A DNA stretch of 64,000 nt from Nostoc sp. DedSLP01 (GTDB lineage: Bacteria > Cyanobacteriota > Cyanobacteriia > Cyanobacteriales > Nostocaceae), in contig JAVRCJ020000022.1 of assembly GCA_034530875.2 (NCBI GenBank), positions 67,048 to 131,047 of the forward strand, in the 5' to 3' direction. The notes beneath the pieces were generated by a model. It saw only the letters and a list, made by a program, of their open reading frames with translations. It was not told the origin of the DNA and made no database searches. The translations under genes and the position numbers were made by a program. Shown piece by piece: positions 10,840 to 20,495 of this stretch (positions are counted from its first letter, which is position 1; the number at the start of each line of letters is the position of its first letter).

Positions 10840-10931
10840 ATTTTGGGATAATTTTATTATTCGTTTGACAATTTTTATTGTTGAGTTTTTATTACTCAAT
10901 AAGGAACCGATTAGAATTATTTGAATAATAC

Positions 10932-10957
10932 TACGGTATGTCTATCAAATTAAGTGA
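10932..10957. promoter_or_regulatory. Putative sulfur-regulon operator box between divergent genes
   Basis: TACGGTAT-gtctatcaaa-TTAAGTGA. Confidence 0.6.
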
Positions 10958-11092
10958 CTTAAGATAAAGTTTACAATTGTATGTAAATCAACCTCGATTT
11001 TATATAGTTGATGGGTAGTAGCGATCGCCATAACTAAAATTCTAGTTATCGATATAATTTTCTGTATACCTTAGCGATAAAAGAATCTAATT

Positions 11093-12112
11093 ATGACAGT
11101 CTTACAAGCTATAGACAAAAAGTTTTCACAAGTACCTGTTATTGATATTAGTACGTTGATTTACCAAACTAATAACTCTTGCGATCTAATTGCCGACCAA
11201 ATCAGACAAGCGTGCCAAGATTACGGTTTCTTCTATATTATTGGTCATGGAGTTAACGAACAATTACAAGAGCAGTTAGAAAATCTCAGTCAAGAATTCT
11301 TCGCCCAGGATATAGAAACTAAACTGAAAATTCGTATGGCTCTTGGTGGTAGAGCATGGCGAGGATATTTCCCTGTTGGCAACGAATTAACATCAGGTAA
11401 ACCTGATTTAAAAGAAGGCATTTACTTTGGTACAGAATTAGAAGAAAACCATCCTTTAGTGCAAGCTGGTACACCAATGCACGGCAGCAATCTTTTTCCA
11501 TCTAATATTCCCCAATTTAGGGAAACAGTACTTGAGTATATAGAAGCAATGACTAAACTCGGACACACCTTGATGTCTGGTATCGCTTTAAGTTTGGGAT
11601 TAGAAAAGTCTTACTTTGCAGACCGTTATACAAAAGACCCATTGATATTATTTCGGATTTTCAATTATCCTCCTAATTCATCATTATCTAAATCTGAATG
11701 GGGTGTTGGCGAACATACTGATTATGGAGTCTTGACTATCCTCAAGCAAGATAATATCGGGGGATTACAAGTCAAATCAAAGTCTGGTTGGATAGATGCG
11801 CCTCCTATTCCTAACTCCTTTGTTTGCAACATTGGAGATATGCTCGATCGCATGACAAGAGGATTGTATCGCTCAACGCCCCACCGCGTTAAAAACCTAT
11901 CAACAAGTAATCGCCTATCATTTCCCTTCTTCTTTGACCCCAATTTCAACGTTGAAGTCAAACCCATTGAACTAAATGACGTAGTAGTGAATGACGATCG
12001 AAGCGATCGCTGGGATAAAGCCAGCGTCCACGAATTTAGCGGCACTTATGGCGACTATCTCTTAAATAAAGTCTCCAAAGTCTTCCCAGAACTACGTCAA
12101 ACAGTACTTTAG
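11093..12112 (+). CDS. 2-oxoglutarate/Fe(II) oxygenase, isopenicillin N synthase-like
   Basis: VPVIDI, GFFYIIGHGV, HTD...H (GEHTDYG, STPHRV), RLS. Confidence 0.9.
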   Translation: MTVLQAIDKKFSQVPVIDISTLIYQTNNSCDLIADQIRQACQDYGFFYIIGHGVNEQLQEQLENLSQEFFAQDIETKLKIRMALGGRAWRGYFPVGNELTSGKPDLKEGIYFGTELEENHPLVQAGTPMHGSNLFPSNIPQFRETVLEYIEAMTKLGHTLMSGIALSLGLEKSYFADRYTKDPLILFRIFNYPPNSSLSKSEWGVGEHTDYGVLTILKQDNIGGLQVKSKSGWIDAPPIPNSFVCNIGDMLDRMTRGLYRSTPHRVKNLSTSNRLSFPFFFDPNFNVEVKPIELNDVVVNDDRSDRWDKASVHEFSGTYGDYLLNKVSKVFPELRQTVL

Positions 12113-12190
12113 AGTTCTGAGTGAGACGCGATTAATCGCATCTGTACAAGAATTATTCTCCTTGCCCCCCTGCCTCTTGCCTCCTGCCTC

Positions 12191-13414
12191 CTAATAAACA
12201 GATGTCAACAACTTATCTATCGCTGCTCGAAACGCTGTTGCTGCACCAGCACTCATATCACGAGGAGCGCAGATGCGATTTCTCAGATAAGCAAAAGTAA
12301 TAGCCCCCACAGCAGCGAAGATAGAATCAACACTGCTATTTTTACCACCAGTGCGACCGCCCGATAAACTCTCGCCATTGCCATGAATGAGATAATCAGC
12401 CAGTTGTCGCAAGTGAAAATCAACAGCTTCCTTAACTGTGGTAAAGTCGCCATCTGCTGCTAATGCTTGGACTCCAGAGTTTTTGATAATATCTGCGATC
12501 GCAACTTCTCGATTATCGCTCAATCTCTCAGCTGCTTCTGCTCGAAATTCAATGTTCTGACTATGTGCTGCATCCAAAGCTAAGGGATTTCCAGTCGGTT
12601 CGACACCCCATCTGCGACGTAACAGTAAATTGTTAGTAACATTATCCGACTTTACCCGATGATAAGCGGGGCGATCGTTGAGTGCTTCAAACCAAGCATT
12701 GATACGAGGATAGCGAGGATTTCCTTTCAGGTGATATCCCCGATATACAGGTAAATTAGCCGCCAATCTATCCAGATGGGGACTATACATAGCATCTACC
12801 AAGCTAAACGTACTTACAAAGTAGGGGCCTGGATATTTAGCCAAAACTTGTTCGAGTTCGTCCAACTTGGCCTCAAATGCTGTTTGTAAATTTGCCAACT
12901 CATCAGCATCTAGAGATGGTTCTCTAAGGTATTTGTAAGCAATCTCTTTAAAACCGTTAGTTTCAGCCTCTTCAACCAACTGTCTAGCAATAGCATTCTC
13001 CTCTGGATCTTGCGGTAACAATGGAGGATCGGGAAACCTTTCTTCTAAAGCTAAGAGAATATCTTTGGATTCATATACTAACTTTCCGTCAATTTTTGCA
13101 GCCGGGACAAGGGCTGTCGGAACTAGGTCAGTGTACCATTTGGGTTTATTACTTAAATCGATAAACTCCGTTGCAAAGGGAATTTGCTTTTCTTCTAAAG
13201 CAAACCAAACTCGCTCGCAAAAAGGACACCAGGAATTAGTATCTCGATAAAGCAAGACTAGTGGTTGTGTATTTGGCGGAAGTTTATCTAAACTGCTGGG
13301 AATTGGTGCAGTAGAAGGAGATTGTCCCGGCCTCTTTACCCTACGCGCAGAGGTATTTTTTCTCGCAGTTTCTAAAAGTTCTTCCCAACTCGATACTGTG
13401 TTTTGAATAGACAT
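12191..13414 (-). CDS. Long glutathione S-transferase family protein (CPFC, lambda/DHAR-like) with C-terminal extension
   Basis: LYRDTNSWCPFCERVW, KPKWY, ESKDIL, FSLVD, PRDMS. Confidence 0.8.
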   Translation of the reverse strand: MSIQNTVSSWEELLETARKNTSARRVKRPGQSPSTAPIPSSLDKLPPNTQPLVLLYRDTNSWCPFCERVWFALEEKQIPFATEFIDLSNKPKWYTDLVPTALVPAAKIDGKLVYESKDILLALEERFPDPPLLPQDPEENAIARQLVEEAETNGFKEIAYKYLREPSLDADELANLQTAFEAKLDELEQVLAKYPGPYFVSTFSLVDAMYSPHLDRLAANLPVYRGYHLKGNPRYPRINAWFEALNDRPAYHRVKSDNVTNNLLLRRRWGVEPTGNPLALDAAHSQNIEFRAEAAERLSDNREVAIADIIKNSGVQALAADGDFTTVKEAVDFHLRQLADYLIHGNGESLSGGRTGGKNSSVDSIFAAVGAITFAYLRNRICAPRDMSAGAATAFRAAIDKLLTSVY

Positions 13415-13417
13415 TTG

Positions 13418-14074
13418 CTACCTCGCTCTATTAGGAACGCCAGAAAACACAAATAACTGTTGCTCTTTGGGTTGAGGTAAATTTTCACCAAGGTAACGAT
13501 GAATACCTACTCCCATATCTCCTGTAGCCGTAAGTTTGAAGTTAACTTCTTCAAATCCAGATTTACTGAAAATTCTCCGCACATTATCAGAGTGTGGAAT
13601 ACCCTGAGAGTGTCCGCGAGTCCAGAGGACGAAAGTACCAGGTTTACTCAGAAAGCTCAAGTTATCAAGTAAGCGACTCAATTCTCCTTCATCAGGTAGA
13701 TTACCAAAAACACCGCAGGCGATCGCAATATCTGCCGGAACTGCACCTATATAGTTACTAGAAAGAGTTGCATCACCATTGATAAACTCAATTTGCTTGC
13801 TCAAACCCAATGATTCTATAGTTGCTCGTCCCCGTTCAACTAAATCTGGATTTATTTCAACCAGTCGTGCGCGAACATCTTTCGCCCGGTGGTGATTTTT
13901 TAAAACCCCTAGTAAATCTCGCCCATCACCCGCACAAACACTCACTATTCTGATAGTTCCATCTGGCGACGCATTCAAGCTATAAGCAATATATTCCCGC
14001 ACGATTTCTAGACGCTGCTGCAATTTTGGCTCAGTGTTGTAGAGGTCGTGCCATTCATACCAATCTTTTGGCAT
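13418..14074 (-). CDS. Class I SAM-dependent methyltransferase-like protein
   Basis: VSVCAGDGRDLL, LVE, GDAT; likely start MPKDWY. Confidence 0.7.
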   Translation of the reverse strand: MPKDWYEWHDLYNTEPKLQQRLEIVREYIAYSLNASPDGTIRIVSVCAGDGRDLLGVLKNHHRAKDVRARLVEINPDLVERGRATIESLGLSKQIEFINGDATLSSNYIGAVPADIAIACGVFGNLPDEGELSRLLDNLSFLSKPGTFVLWTRGHSQGIPHSDNVRRIFSKSGFEEVNFKLTATGDMGVGIHRYLGENLPQPKEQQLFVFSGVPNRAR

Positions 14075-14116
14075 AAGGGGTGATTCCCATTTGATGCACA
14101 CTGTTTATTTACAAAC

Positions 14117-14142
14117 TACGGTTAGTTTATCAATTAAATGTA
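14117..14142. promoter_or_regulatory. Putative sulfur-regulon operator box
   Basis: AAAC-TACGGTTA-gtttatcaat-TAAATGTA-GTTT. Confidence 0.7.
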
Positions 14143-14521
14143 GTTTATGAATCAGAGGTAGAGTATCACAGATATTCATCTAAAATCAAGCCTGATTCGG
14201 TGCGATCGCCATTAAGCAGTATTTATACGGTTATTGTTGTATAACAATAATTAGCCCTTTAGCCCTCGGTTGAGACTGTAAAATTAAAGTTAAAGTTATC
14301 TTTTAGCCTTAGAAGCTAAGTTCTCGTAAAATTTTTTCTAGAGCAGCGCCTTAAGGTGTATTTGATATCCCTGTACATCTCAGTAGGCAAAATTTTGACA
14401 ATTAATCAGCTTTACAAGCAACCTTCGATCCGTATTCTTCACATTTTAGTTTCATAAAAATTAACTGTAGATTAGGACAGTATCAGTACAACCTATACTT
14501 GGCGTAAAGGAGAAGTATACT

Positions 14522-14977
14522 ATGCTGTCAGATGTAATACGTCAAAAACAAATAATTGAAAAAACTGTTCGTAAGATTTGTGAAGGAATAAATGCTGGAA
14601 TTTGGCGGTTTAGCTTACAGTCTTTTGATAATGTAGATTCTGGCGATGTTTACGAGATTTATGGTATTGAGGGTAAAGCTCTTTGCCAGGAGTATGAAGT
14701 AAGTCTTGGTTTTGAGTCCAAGCGTTCACTGAAAGATATTGAAGATCTAGAATCTTACAAGTGGTATTTTTCATCTAACCTTAAGCAATCAAATCGAGCA
14801 GATCCCTTTGCGTTCAAAGGTGAGCTTGATGGAGTAGCAATTCAGTATGGTAGACATCGCCCAGAAGAAAAAGAAATTTTGGAATTAGTCAGAGATTCCA
14901 TTAGTCTTCTTCAAGAATCTCAAATTACTTTTGACTTGCAAGATATAGATAATACAGTGTGTGTACATTGCCATTAA
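14522..14977 (+). CDS. Hypothetical protein
   Basis: 151-aa ORF with AAGGAG RBS; no family recognised. Confidence 0.6.
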   Translation: MLSDVIRQKQIIEKTVRKICEGINAGIWRFSLQSFDNVDSGDVYEIYGIEGKALCQEYEVSLGFESKRSLKDIEDLESYKWYFSSNLKQSNRADPFAFKGELDGVAIQYGRHRPEEKEILELVRDSISLLQESQITFDLQDIDNTVCVHCH

Positions 14978-15023
14978 ATGTAACTGAAGAGCTAAAAACA
15001 CTTTAACTGTATATATCCGAATA

Positions 15024-15353
15024 TTACCTAGCAACAACTCTTGTTCGAGCTTGTGAGTGAGATTGAGGTTTAGCTGTCACTACAATCTCTACATCTTGAC
15101 CCAACGCATTCAGGAAGCGAAACAACCGCACGGTAGAAAAGCCTGATAATTTTCCATTCGTCAAAGCAGATATTTTTGGTCGATCGATTCCTAAAAGTTC
15201 TGCTGCTTGAGCCTGCGTCATTTGTTGCATACTAATAATATTGCTAATCTTACGTGCAAGTTCAGCTTTCACTAGCAATTCATCAGAGTTCTCTAAATCC
15301 AAATCGGCAAATATATTACCGCTACTAGCTTTTATTTTAATTTCTTCACTCAT
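15024..15353 (-). CDS. XRE/HigA-like HTH antitoxin
   Basis: SSGNIFADL, MTQAQAAELLGIDRPKISAL, FLNALGQDVEIVV. Confidence 0.85.
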   Translation of the reverse strand: MSEEIKIKASSGNIFADLDLENSDELLVKAELARKISNIISMQQMTQAQAAELLGIDRPKISALTNGKLSGFSTVRLFRFLNALGQDVEIVVTAKPQSHSQARTRVVAR

Positions 15354-15733
15354 TCTGGCTCCCCCTGCTGCTGGCTATAGTTTTCTTTGTAATGCTCTTT
15401 TGCTCGCTTAAGTCTTTTTTCAATCAGATCGATATCTTGCTTTGGTGTAGCTAGACCGTGCTTTGATTTCTTTTGAAAAGCGTGTAAAACATAAATTACA
15501 CCCGCAAGCTTTACAGTATAAACGGCTCGATAAGTATCTCCATCAAAGTCTTCTACAACTTCCAGCACTCCAGCACCTTTAAATCCTTTGAGTAGCTTAG
15601 CTGAGGGATGTTTCTCACCAGATTGAGCTAAGTACAGAGCATAACCCATAACTTGCCGTACTTCCTCTGGGAATTCTTTCAAATCCTCAAGCGAACTTCC
15701 AACCTACTCAACTAGTTTCAACGATAAACTCAT
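15350..15733 (-). pseudogene. RelE/ParE-fold (HigB/Gp49-like) toxin with an in-frame TAG at codon 10
   Basis: ATG 15733 reads MSLSLKLVE*VGSSLEDLKEFP...DGDTYRAVYTV...YVLHAFQKKS; TAG at 15704-15706 where Trp is expected. Confidence 0.75.
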
Positions 15734-15739
15734 ACTTGA

Positions 15740-15769
15740 AGTATGCTAGTTTTGGCATATTACTGTCAA
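15740..15769 (-). promoter_or_regulatory. TA operon promoter with inverted-repeat operator, probably leaderless
   Basis: TTGACA (15769-15764), 18-nt spacer, CATACT (15745-15740); TATGCTA-N4-TGGCATA at 15742-15759; ATG is 7 nt after the -10. Confidence 0.6.
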
Positions 15770-16068
15770 TATTCTGCGTACTTCTAGGAAGAATTGGTGT
15801 AGGCTTAAAGATTTTAAAATTTTCCTACTAATCATCTTACACTGCCTCAATTTACTTATGTATTAAATAAAACTGAGTAAATTACATCTAAACCCTTGAA
15901 TTTACAATTTATCGACATTAATTTCAGTATAATTTACAGCCAGACATACAGTTGCTATAATATTTAGTTATTCTAAATATTTGTAATTAATAAATTTAGG
16001 TAAGCATATATTTTATTTGCGAAAGACTTGAATTTTATTTAGTGGCGTGCAATACTGGTAAATTAATC

Positions 16069-16094
16069 ACCGTTAAATCGGTCAATAATTAGTA
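16069..16094. promoter_or_regulatory. Degenerate sulfur-regulon operator box
   Basis: ACCGTTAA-atcggtcaat-AATTAGTA, downstream of TTGAAT-17-AATACT. Confidence 0.5.
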
Positions 16095-16352
16095 TTTTTC
16101 AAAAAACGTCTGTATTAGCTTAAAGAATAAGCATTTCAGTTCATCTTCAACTGATGCATAGATTGATGCATAGATGAATTTGGCAAATCATGTGTATGGT
16201 CTTAAAAAGATTCCTGTCTATCGATTTCAGGAGTGAGAACTAGTGAAAGATTAGCAAATTTGCAATTCCTAAAAGTTTTTCTACAAGCTCCCTCGGATTC
16301 TTGGGGAAGCTTTACCCTTCCCCTTTTTCTTATTTTTAAAGGAGTAAATTTC

Positions 16353-17966
16353 ATGAATAGTCCTATCCCTCAAGATTCTTCTCATCTAGATTTAGTAACT
16401 GATGTATTAATTATTGGCGGCGGCCCGTCTGGTACTTGGGCTGCTTGGAGTGCAGCAAGTAATGGGGCAAAAGTCGTTCTAGTGGACAAAGGTTACTGCG
16501 GTACAAGTGGTGCAGCAGCGGCCTCTGGAAATGGCGTATGGTATATTCCACCAGACCCAGAACAACGGGAAGCAGCAATGGCAAGCCGGGAAGCGATGGG
16601 AGGCTTTCTTGCAGACCGCCACTGGATGACTAGGGTATTAGATAGGACATACGACAACATTAACTCCCTTGCGGATGAGGGGTATCGTTTCAGCGTTGAT
16701 GCTAATGGCAAGGTCATTCGTCGTTCCTTGCAAGGGCCGGAATATATGCGGTTCATGCGGAAAAAGATTAAGCAAGCAGGAGTGAAAATCTTAGACCACA
16801 GCCCTGCTTTAGAGTTGTTGGTGGATGCAGAAGGTGCTGTGGCTGGTGCTAAGGGTATCAATCGTCAATCTGGGGAACGGTGGAGAGTTCGAGCCGGGGC
16901 AGTTGTGATTGCTACAGGTGGTTGTGCTTTCTTAAGTAAGGCTCTTGGTTGTAATGTCCTTACAGGCGATGGTCTGTTGATGGCAGCGGAGGCCGGTGCT
17001 GATTTTTCTGGTATGGAATTTTCTAATGCTTACGCAATTGCTCCAGCTTTTTCCTCTGTTACCAAGACTCGTTATTATGAATGGGCTTCTTTCACTTATG
17101 AAGATGGCACGGTAATTGAGGGTGCAGGTTCTAAGCGCGGTCGTTCTATAATTGCCAAAACATTGCTGACTCAGCCAGTTTATGCGTGTCTCGACCAAAA
17201 TATGGATGAGGAAACAAAAGCTTGGATGCGGGGATCTCAGCCTAACTTCTTTATTGCTTTCGATCGCGCTGGTATTGACCCCTTCACTCAAAGATTCCCG
17301 ATAACTTTACGTTTGGAAGGAACTGTACGCGGTACTGGTGGTATTCGGATTGCAGACTACACCTGTGCTAGTTCAGTGAATGGACTCTATGCCGCGGGAG
17401 ATGCAGCGACAAGAGAGTTAATCTGTGGTGGCTTTACAGGTGGTGGTAGCCATAATGCAGCCTGGGCAATGTCTTCTGGCTACTGGTCTGGACAATCTGC
17501 TGCTAACTATGCCTTGAGTTTAGGAGAACGAGCAAACCAGCGTAGCGTCCAAGGAGTTGGTGAAGCGGGATTGTATGGGGAAGGTAATAAGAGATTTTCA
17601 CCCGATGACGCGATCGCTGCAACTCAAGCCGAAGTTTTCCCTTACGACCGCAACCTCTTCCGCAGTGCTGCTGGGTTAAGCGCATCCTTAGATAGACTAA
17701 ATCACCTCTGGCAAGAAATCCGCCATAGCCACACACCAAATGATAGCCAAATTGTGCGATCGCGGGAAGTTGCAGCGATGGTTGCTACTGCTCGTTGGAT
17801 GTACAACAGCGGTTTGCAACGTCAGGAAACTAGAGGTATGCACAAGCGCGTCGATTTCCCACAACAAGACCCTAACCAGCAATATCGGCTCCTCAGTGGT
17901 GGATTAGATAAGATTTGGGTGAAACCTGAGTTAGTTGTTAGCGGTCGAGAATTAGTCACAGCGTGA
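16353..17966 (+). CDS. FAD-dependent oxidoreductase, FrdA/SdhA/AprA flavoprotein superfamily (AsfA-like)
   Basis: DVLIIGGGPSG, ATGG, TGDG, GLYAAGD, RQETRGMHKRVDFP; AAGGAG RBS before ATG 16353. Confidence 0.8.
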   Translation: MNSPIPQDSSHLDLVTDVLIIGGGPSGTWAAWSAASNGAKVVLVDKGYCGTSGAAAASGNGVWYIPPDPEQREAAMASREAMGGFLADRHWMTRVLDRTYDNINSLADEGYRFSVDANGKVIRRSLQGPEYMRFMRKKIKQAGVKILDHSPALELLVDAEGAVAGAKGINRQSGERWRVRAGAVVIATGGCAFLSKALGCNVLTGDGLLMAAEAGADFSGMEFSNAYAIAPAFSSVTKTRYYEWASFTYEDGTVIEGAGSKRGRSIIAKTLLTQPVYACLDQNMDEETKAWMRGSQPNFFIAFDRAGIDPFTQRFPITLRLEGTVRGTGGIRIADYTCASSVNGLYAAGDAATRELICGGFTGGGSHNAAWAMSSGYWSGQSAANYALSLGERANQRSVQGVGEAGLYGEGNKRFSPDDAIAATQAEVFPYDRNLFRSAAGLSASLDRLNHLWQEIRHSHTPNDSQIVRSREVAAMVATARWMYNSGLQRQETRGMHKRVDFPQQDPNQQYRLLSGGLDKIWVKPELVVSGRELVTA

Positions 17967-17988
17967 TAATTGCAAACTCAAGACTATT

Positions 17989-18315
17989 TCAGAATTGATT
18001 TAGTGTTTGTTCGTACAAAGCTCCATGTGCCTCGCTGTCTACCAACACTCCATCACAGTCGAAATTTACCAGTTGTGTTTCTAGTTTACTTATTTCTTTA
18101 ACAGCTTCTTCATTAATATCATCCATTGATTCATAGGTCTCATAAGGGTGTGAGCCTTGAGCAATTACCCGATGGCTATGAATGCTGACTTGACTGGAAA
18201 AAGCAGAGTGAAAGTCAGGCTCAAATGTGGTGTTACCTGCTGGTAATAGCAAGCCCAGGCGGATATGCCTATGGGAGTCAGCTTTAGAGTACATCTGAAT
18301 CTCTGTTGTTGACAA
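17989..18315 (-). pseudogene. Chimeric remnant: maleate isomerase/Asp-Glu racemase N-terminus joined to a HAD motif I fragment
   Basis: RLGLLLPAGNTTFEPDF, then abruptly FDCDGVLVDSE and a stop. Confidence 0.6.
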
Positions 18316-18393
18316 GCCTAATTATATCTAGATATTTAGTTACCCTAATAATTAGGTATACATATTTTCAGATAGCCTGTATAATGTTTAAAC

Positions 18394-18419
18394 TACGATA
18401 AATCGACCGATAAAGTGTA
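18394..18419. promoter_or_regulatory. Putative sulfur-regulon operator box
   Basis: AAAC-TACGATAA-atcgaccgat-AAAGTGTA, 8 nt after TATAAT (18380-18385). Confidence 0.65.
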
Positions 18420-18561
18420 ATATATCATCTAACAGACCTACACACCTGCTAATTCTTTAATCGCACTCATCAACACATCTGGCTTCTGTATTATTGCTCT
18501 GGTTTCGAGTTGTGCAATTTCAAATAGCGTGCATTCACGATAATTACGAGGAAAGGATTTC

Positions 18562-19233
18562 ATGAGCAACGTACAACTTTACTTCGCCAAAGGTTCTACC
18601 TTCTCACAACGCACTCGTGTAGTCTTACTAGAAAAAGGTATTGACTTCACCCCGATAGAAATTGACTTACAGAATCTACCAGATGGGTACAGGCAGATTT
18701 CACGGTATGGAAAGGTTCCAGCTATCAAACATGGAGATGTTCAACTTTACGAATCTGCCATTATCAATGAATATCTAGATGAGGTTTTTCCAGAACCATC
18801 ATTGTTACCCCACGATCCTGCAAGCAAAGCGATCGCTCGTATCTGGATAGACTACGCCAATACTCGGTTTGTCCCGGCTTTTAACAAATTCCTCCGTGGT
18901 AAAGATAGCCAAGAACACGAACAGGGTAAAAAAGAGTTTACAGAAGCACTTTTATATCTCGAACAAGAAGGATTCGGCAAAAGTGATTACTTGTTAGGAG
19001 ATAGTTTTAGTCTAGTTGATATCAGCTTTTATCCTTGGTTTGAACGTTTACCACTATTAGAACACTTCCGTAAGTTCGCGCTACCAGCAGAAACACCTCG
19101 TTTGCAGACATGGTGGAATCTGGTGCGCGATCGCTCCTCAGTTCAACAAGTAGCAAATCCTGTGGACTTCTATTTAGAAAGATTCGCTAAAATCCTTGGC
19201 GAACCGATTGCTATTGGTGCAGGGCAAAAGTAG
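18562..19233 (+). CDS. Glutathione S-transferase family protein, Ser-type (STFS), paralog of 7774-8439
   Basis: [22 protein letters not shown](Y/F)ANTRFVPAF shared with the paralog. Confidence 0.9.
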   Translation: MSNVQLYFAKGSTFSQRTRVVLLEKGIDFTPIEIDLQNLPDGYRQISRYGKVPAIKHGDVQLYESAIINEYLDEVFPEPSLLPHDPASKAIARIWIDYANTRFVPAFNKFLRGKDSQEHEQGKKEFTEALLYLEQEGFGKSDYLLGDSFSLVDISFYPWFERLPLLEHFRKFALPAETPRLQTWWNLVRDRSSVQQVANPVDFYLERFAKILGEPIAIGAGQK

Positions 19234-19258
19234 GGATTGGAAAATTCATCATCTCATT

Positions 19259-19393
19259 CAATACGGTTCGGTTAACGCGTTTATTCCTCAAAGATCCCCC
19301 CAACCCCCCTTAAAAAGGGGGGCTTACAACCCTCTTTTACCCCCTTTTTAAGGGGGTCGCCGTAGGCGGGGGGATCTTAACCGAAGCGTATTG
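19259..19393. mobile_element. MITE (Nezha-like), 135 bp
   Basis: TIR CAATACGGTTCGGTTAA / TTAACCGAAGCGTATTG (1 mismatch); perfect 10-bp flanking repeat TCATCTCATT at 19249-19258 and 19394-19403. Confidence 0.9.
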
Positions 19394-19430
19394 TCATCTC
19401 ATTGACAATAATTTAGGAGAAATAAATATC

Positions 19431-20345
19431 GTGACTTCCCAATACTTTGATATCAAACCAATTGCCGGACGTATCGGTGCAAAAATCATTGGTGTTGACC
19501 TCAGCAAGAATCTTAGCGATGAAATTATCAGCGATATCCGTAAAGCTCTAGTTCAATACAAAGTTATCTTCTTCCGCGAACAGAACCTTGACGATAAAGC
19601 ACAAGTAGCCTTCGCCCGTCGCTTCGGAGAAGTCACTACAGCTCATCCTACCGTCCCTTCATTGCCAGAAAACCCAGCAGTTCTTGACCTGAATTACGGT
19701 AAAACTGTCAGTCGTGCCAATAACTGGCACACCGATGTCACATTTGTAGACCGTCCTCCTCTTGGTTCTGTTTTACGGGCGCTGGTTATCCCGCCATCAG
19801 GAGGCGATACCGTTTGGGCAAACTCGGTGACTGCATACGAAGATTTACCAACTCATCTGCGTAATCTTGCTAACGAACTTTGGGCAATACACAGCAACGC
19901 CTACGATTATGCAGCAGCAGCGGTTGATTTACCAAAACAAGTTTTAGAGTATCGAGCTGTTTTCACCTCAACTGTATACGAAACTCTGCATCCAGTTGTT
20001 CGCGTCCATCCTGAATCGGGCGAACGTGGTTTATTTATTGGTGGTTTCGTGCGTCGTTTGCGTGGTTTATCACAAAATGAATCTGATGAAATCTTGAAAT
20101 TGTTGCAAGCTTACATCACACGCCCAGAAAATACCGTCCGGTGGCGTTGGAAAGTTGGCGATGTAGCTTTCTGGGATAATCGCGCTACTCAACATTATGC
20201 GATCGCTGACTACGGCAATCAACCTCGTCACGTCCAGCGAGTCACCATTGTTGGCGACATTCCCGTTGGTATTGATGGTAAACAAAGTCAAGCCATCAAG
20301 GGAGATTCCTCTGCATATAACCGACGCGAACCCGCTTTAGTATAG
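19431..20345 (+). CDS. TauD/AtsK-family 2OG-dependent dioxygenase (sulfonate or alkyl-sulfate cleavage)
   Basis: WHTDVTF, GGDTVWA, HPVVRVHPESGE, FWDNRATQHYA. Confidence 0.92.
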   Translation: MTSQYFDIKPIAGRIGAKIIGVDLSKNLSDEIISDIRKALVQYKVIFFREQNLDDKAQVAFARRFGEVTTAHPTVPSLPENPAVLDLNYGKTVSRANNWHTDVTFVDRPPLGSVLRALVIPPSGGDTVWANSVTAYEDLPTHLRNLANELWAIHSNAYDYAAAAVDLPKQVLEYRAVFTSTVYETLHPVVRVHPESGERGLFIGGFVRRLRGLSQNESDEILKLLQAYITRPENTVRWRWKVGDVAFWDNRATQHYAIADYGNQPRHVQRVTIVGDIPVGIDGKQSQAIKGDSSAYNRREPALV

Positions 20346-20388
20346 AACAGATTAAAAAAGGTTTTTACCTTTATACTTCGTAAGAAAC

Positions 20389-20421
20389 AAGATCCCCGAT
20401 TTATTTGAAAATCGGGGATCT
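20389..20421. repeat. AAGATCCCCGA-N-TCGGGGATCT hairpin repeat or terminator (second copy ~52998-53031)
   Basis: Two near-identical intergenic hairpins following stop codons. Confidence 0.7.
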
Positions 20422-20495
20422 AAACATCGTGAATTCTCACAAATTTCTGTTAGAGTTTGTCTGCCCTCACAATTACGAATTACGAATTATAAATT

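Noticed and set aside
14226..14250. TACGGTTA half-site near 14226
   Set aside because: No partner half-site at N10 spacing; it overlaps a different inverted repeat (TTATTGTT-N4-AACAATAA)
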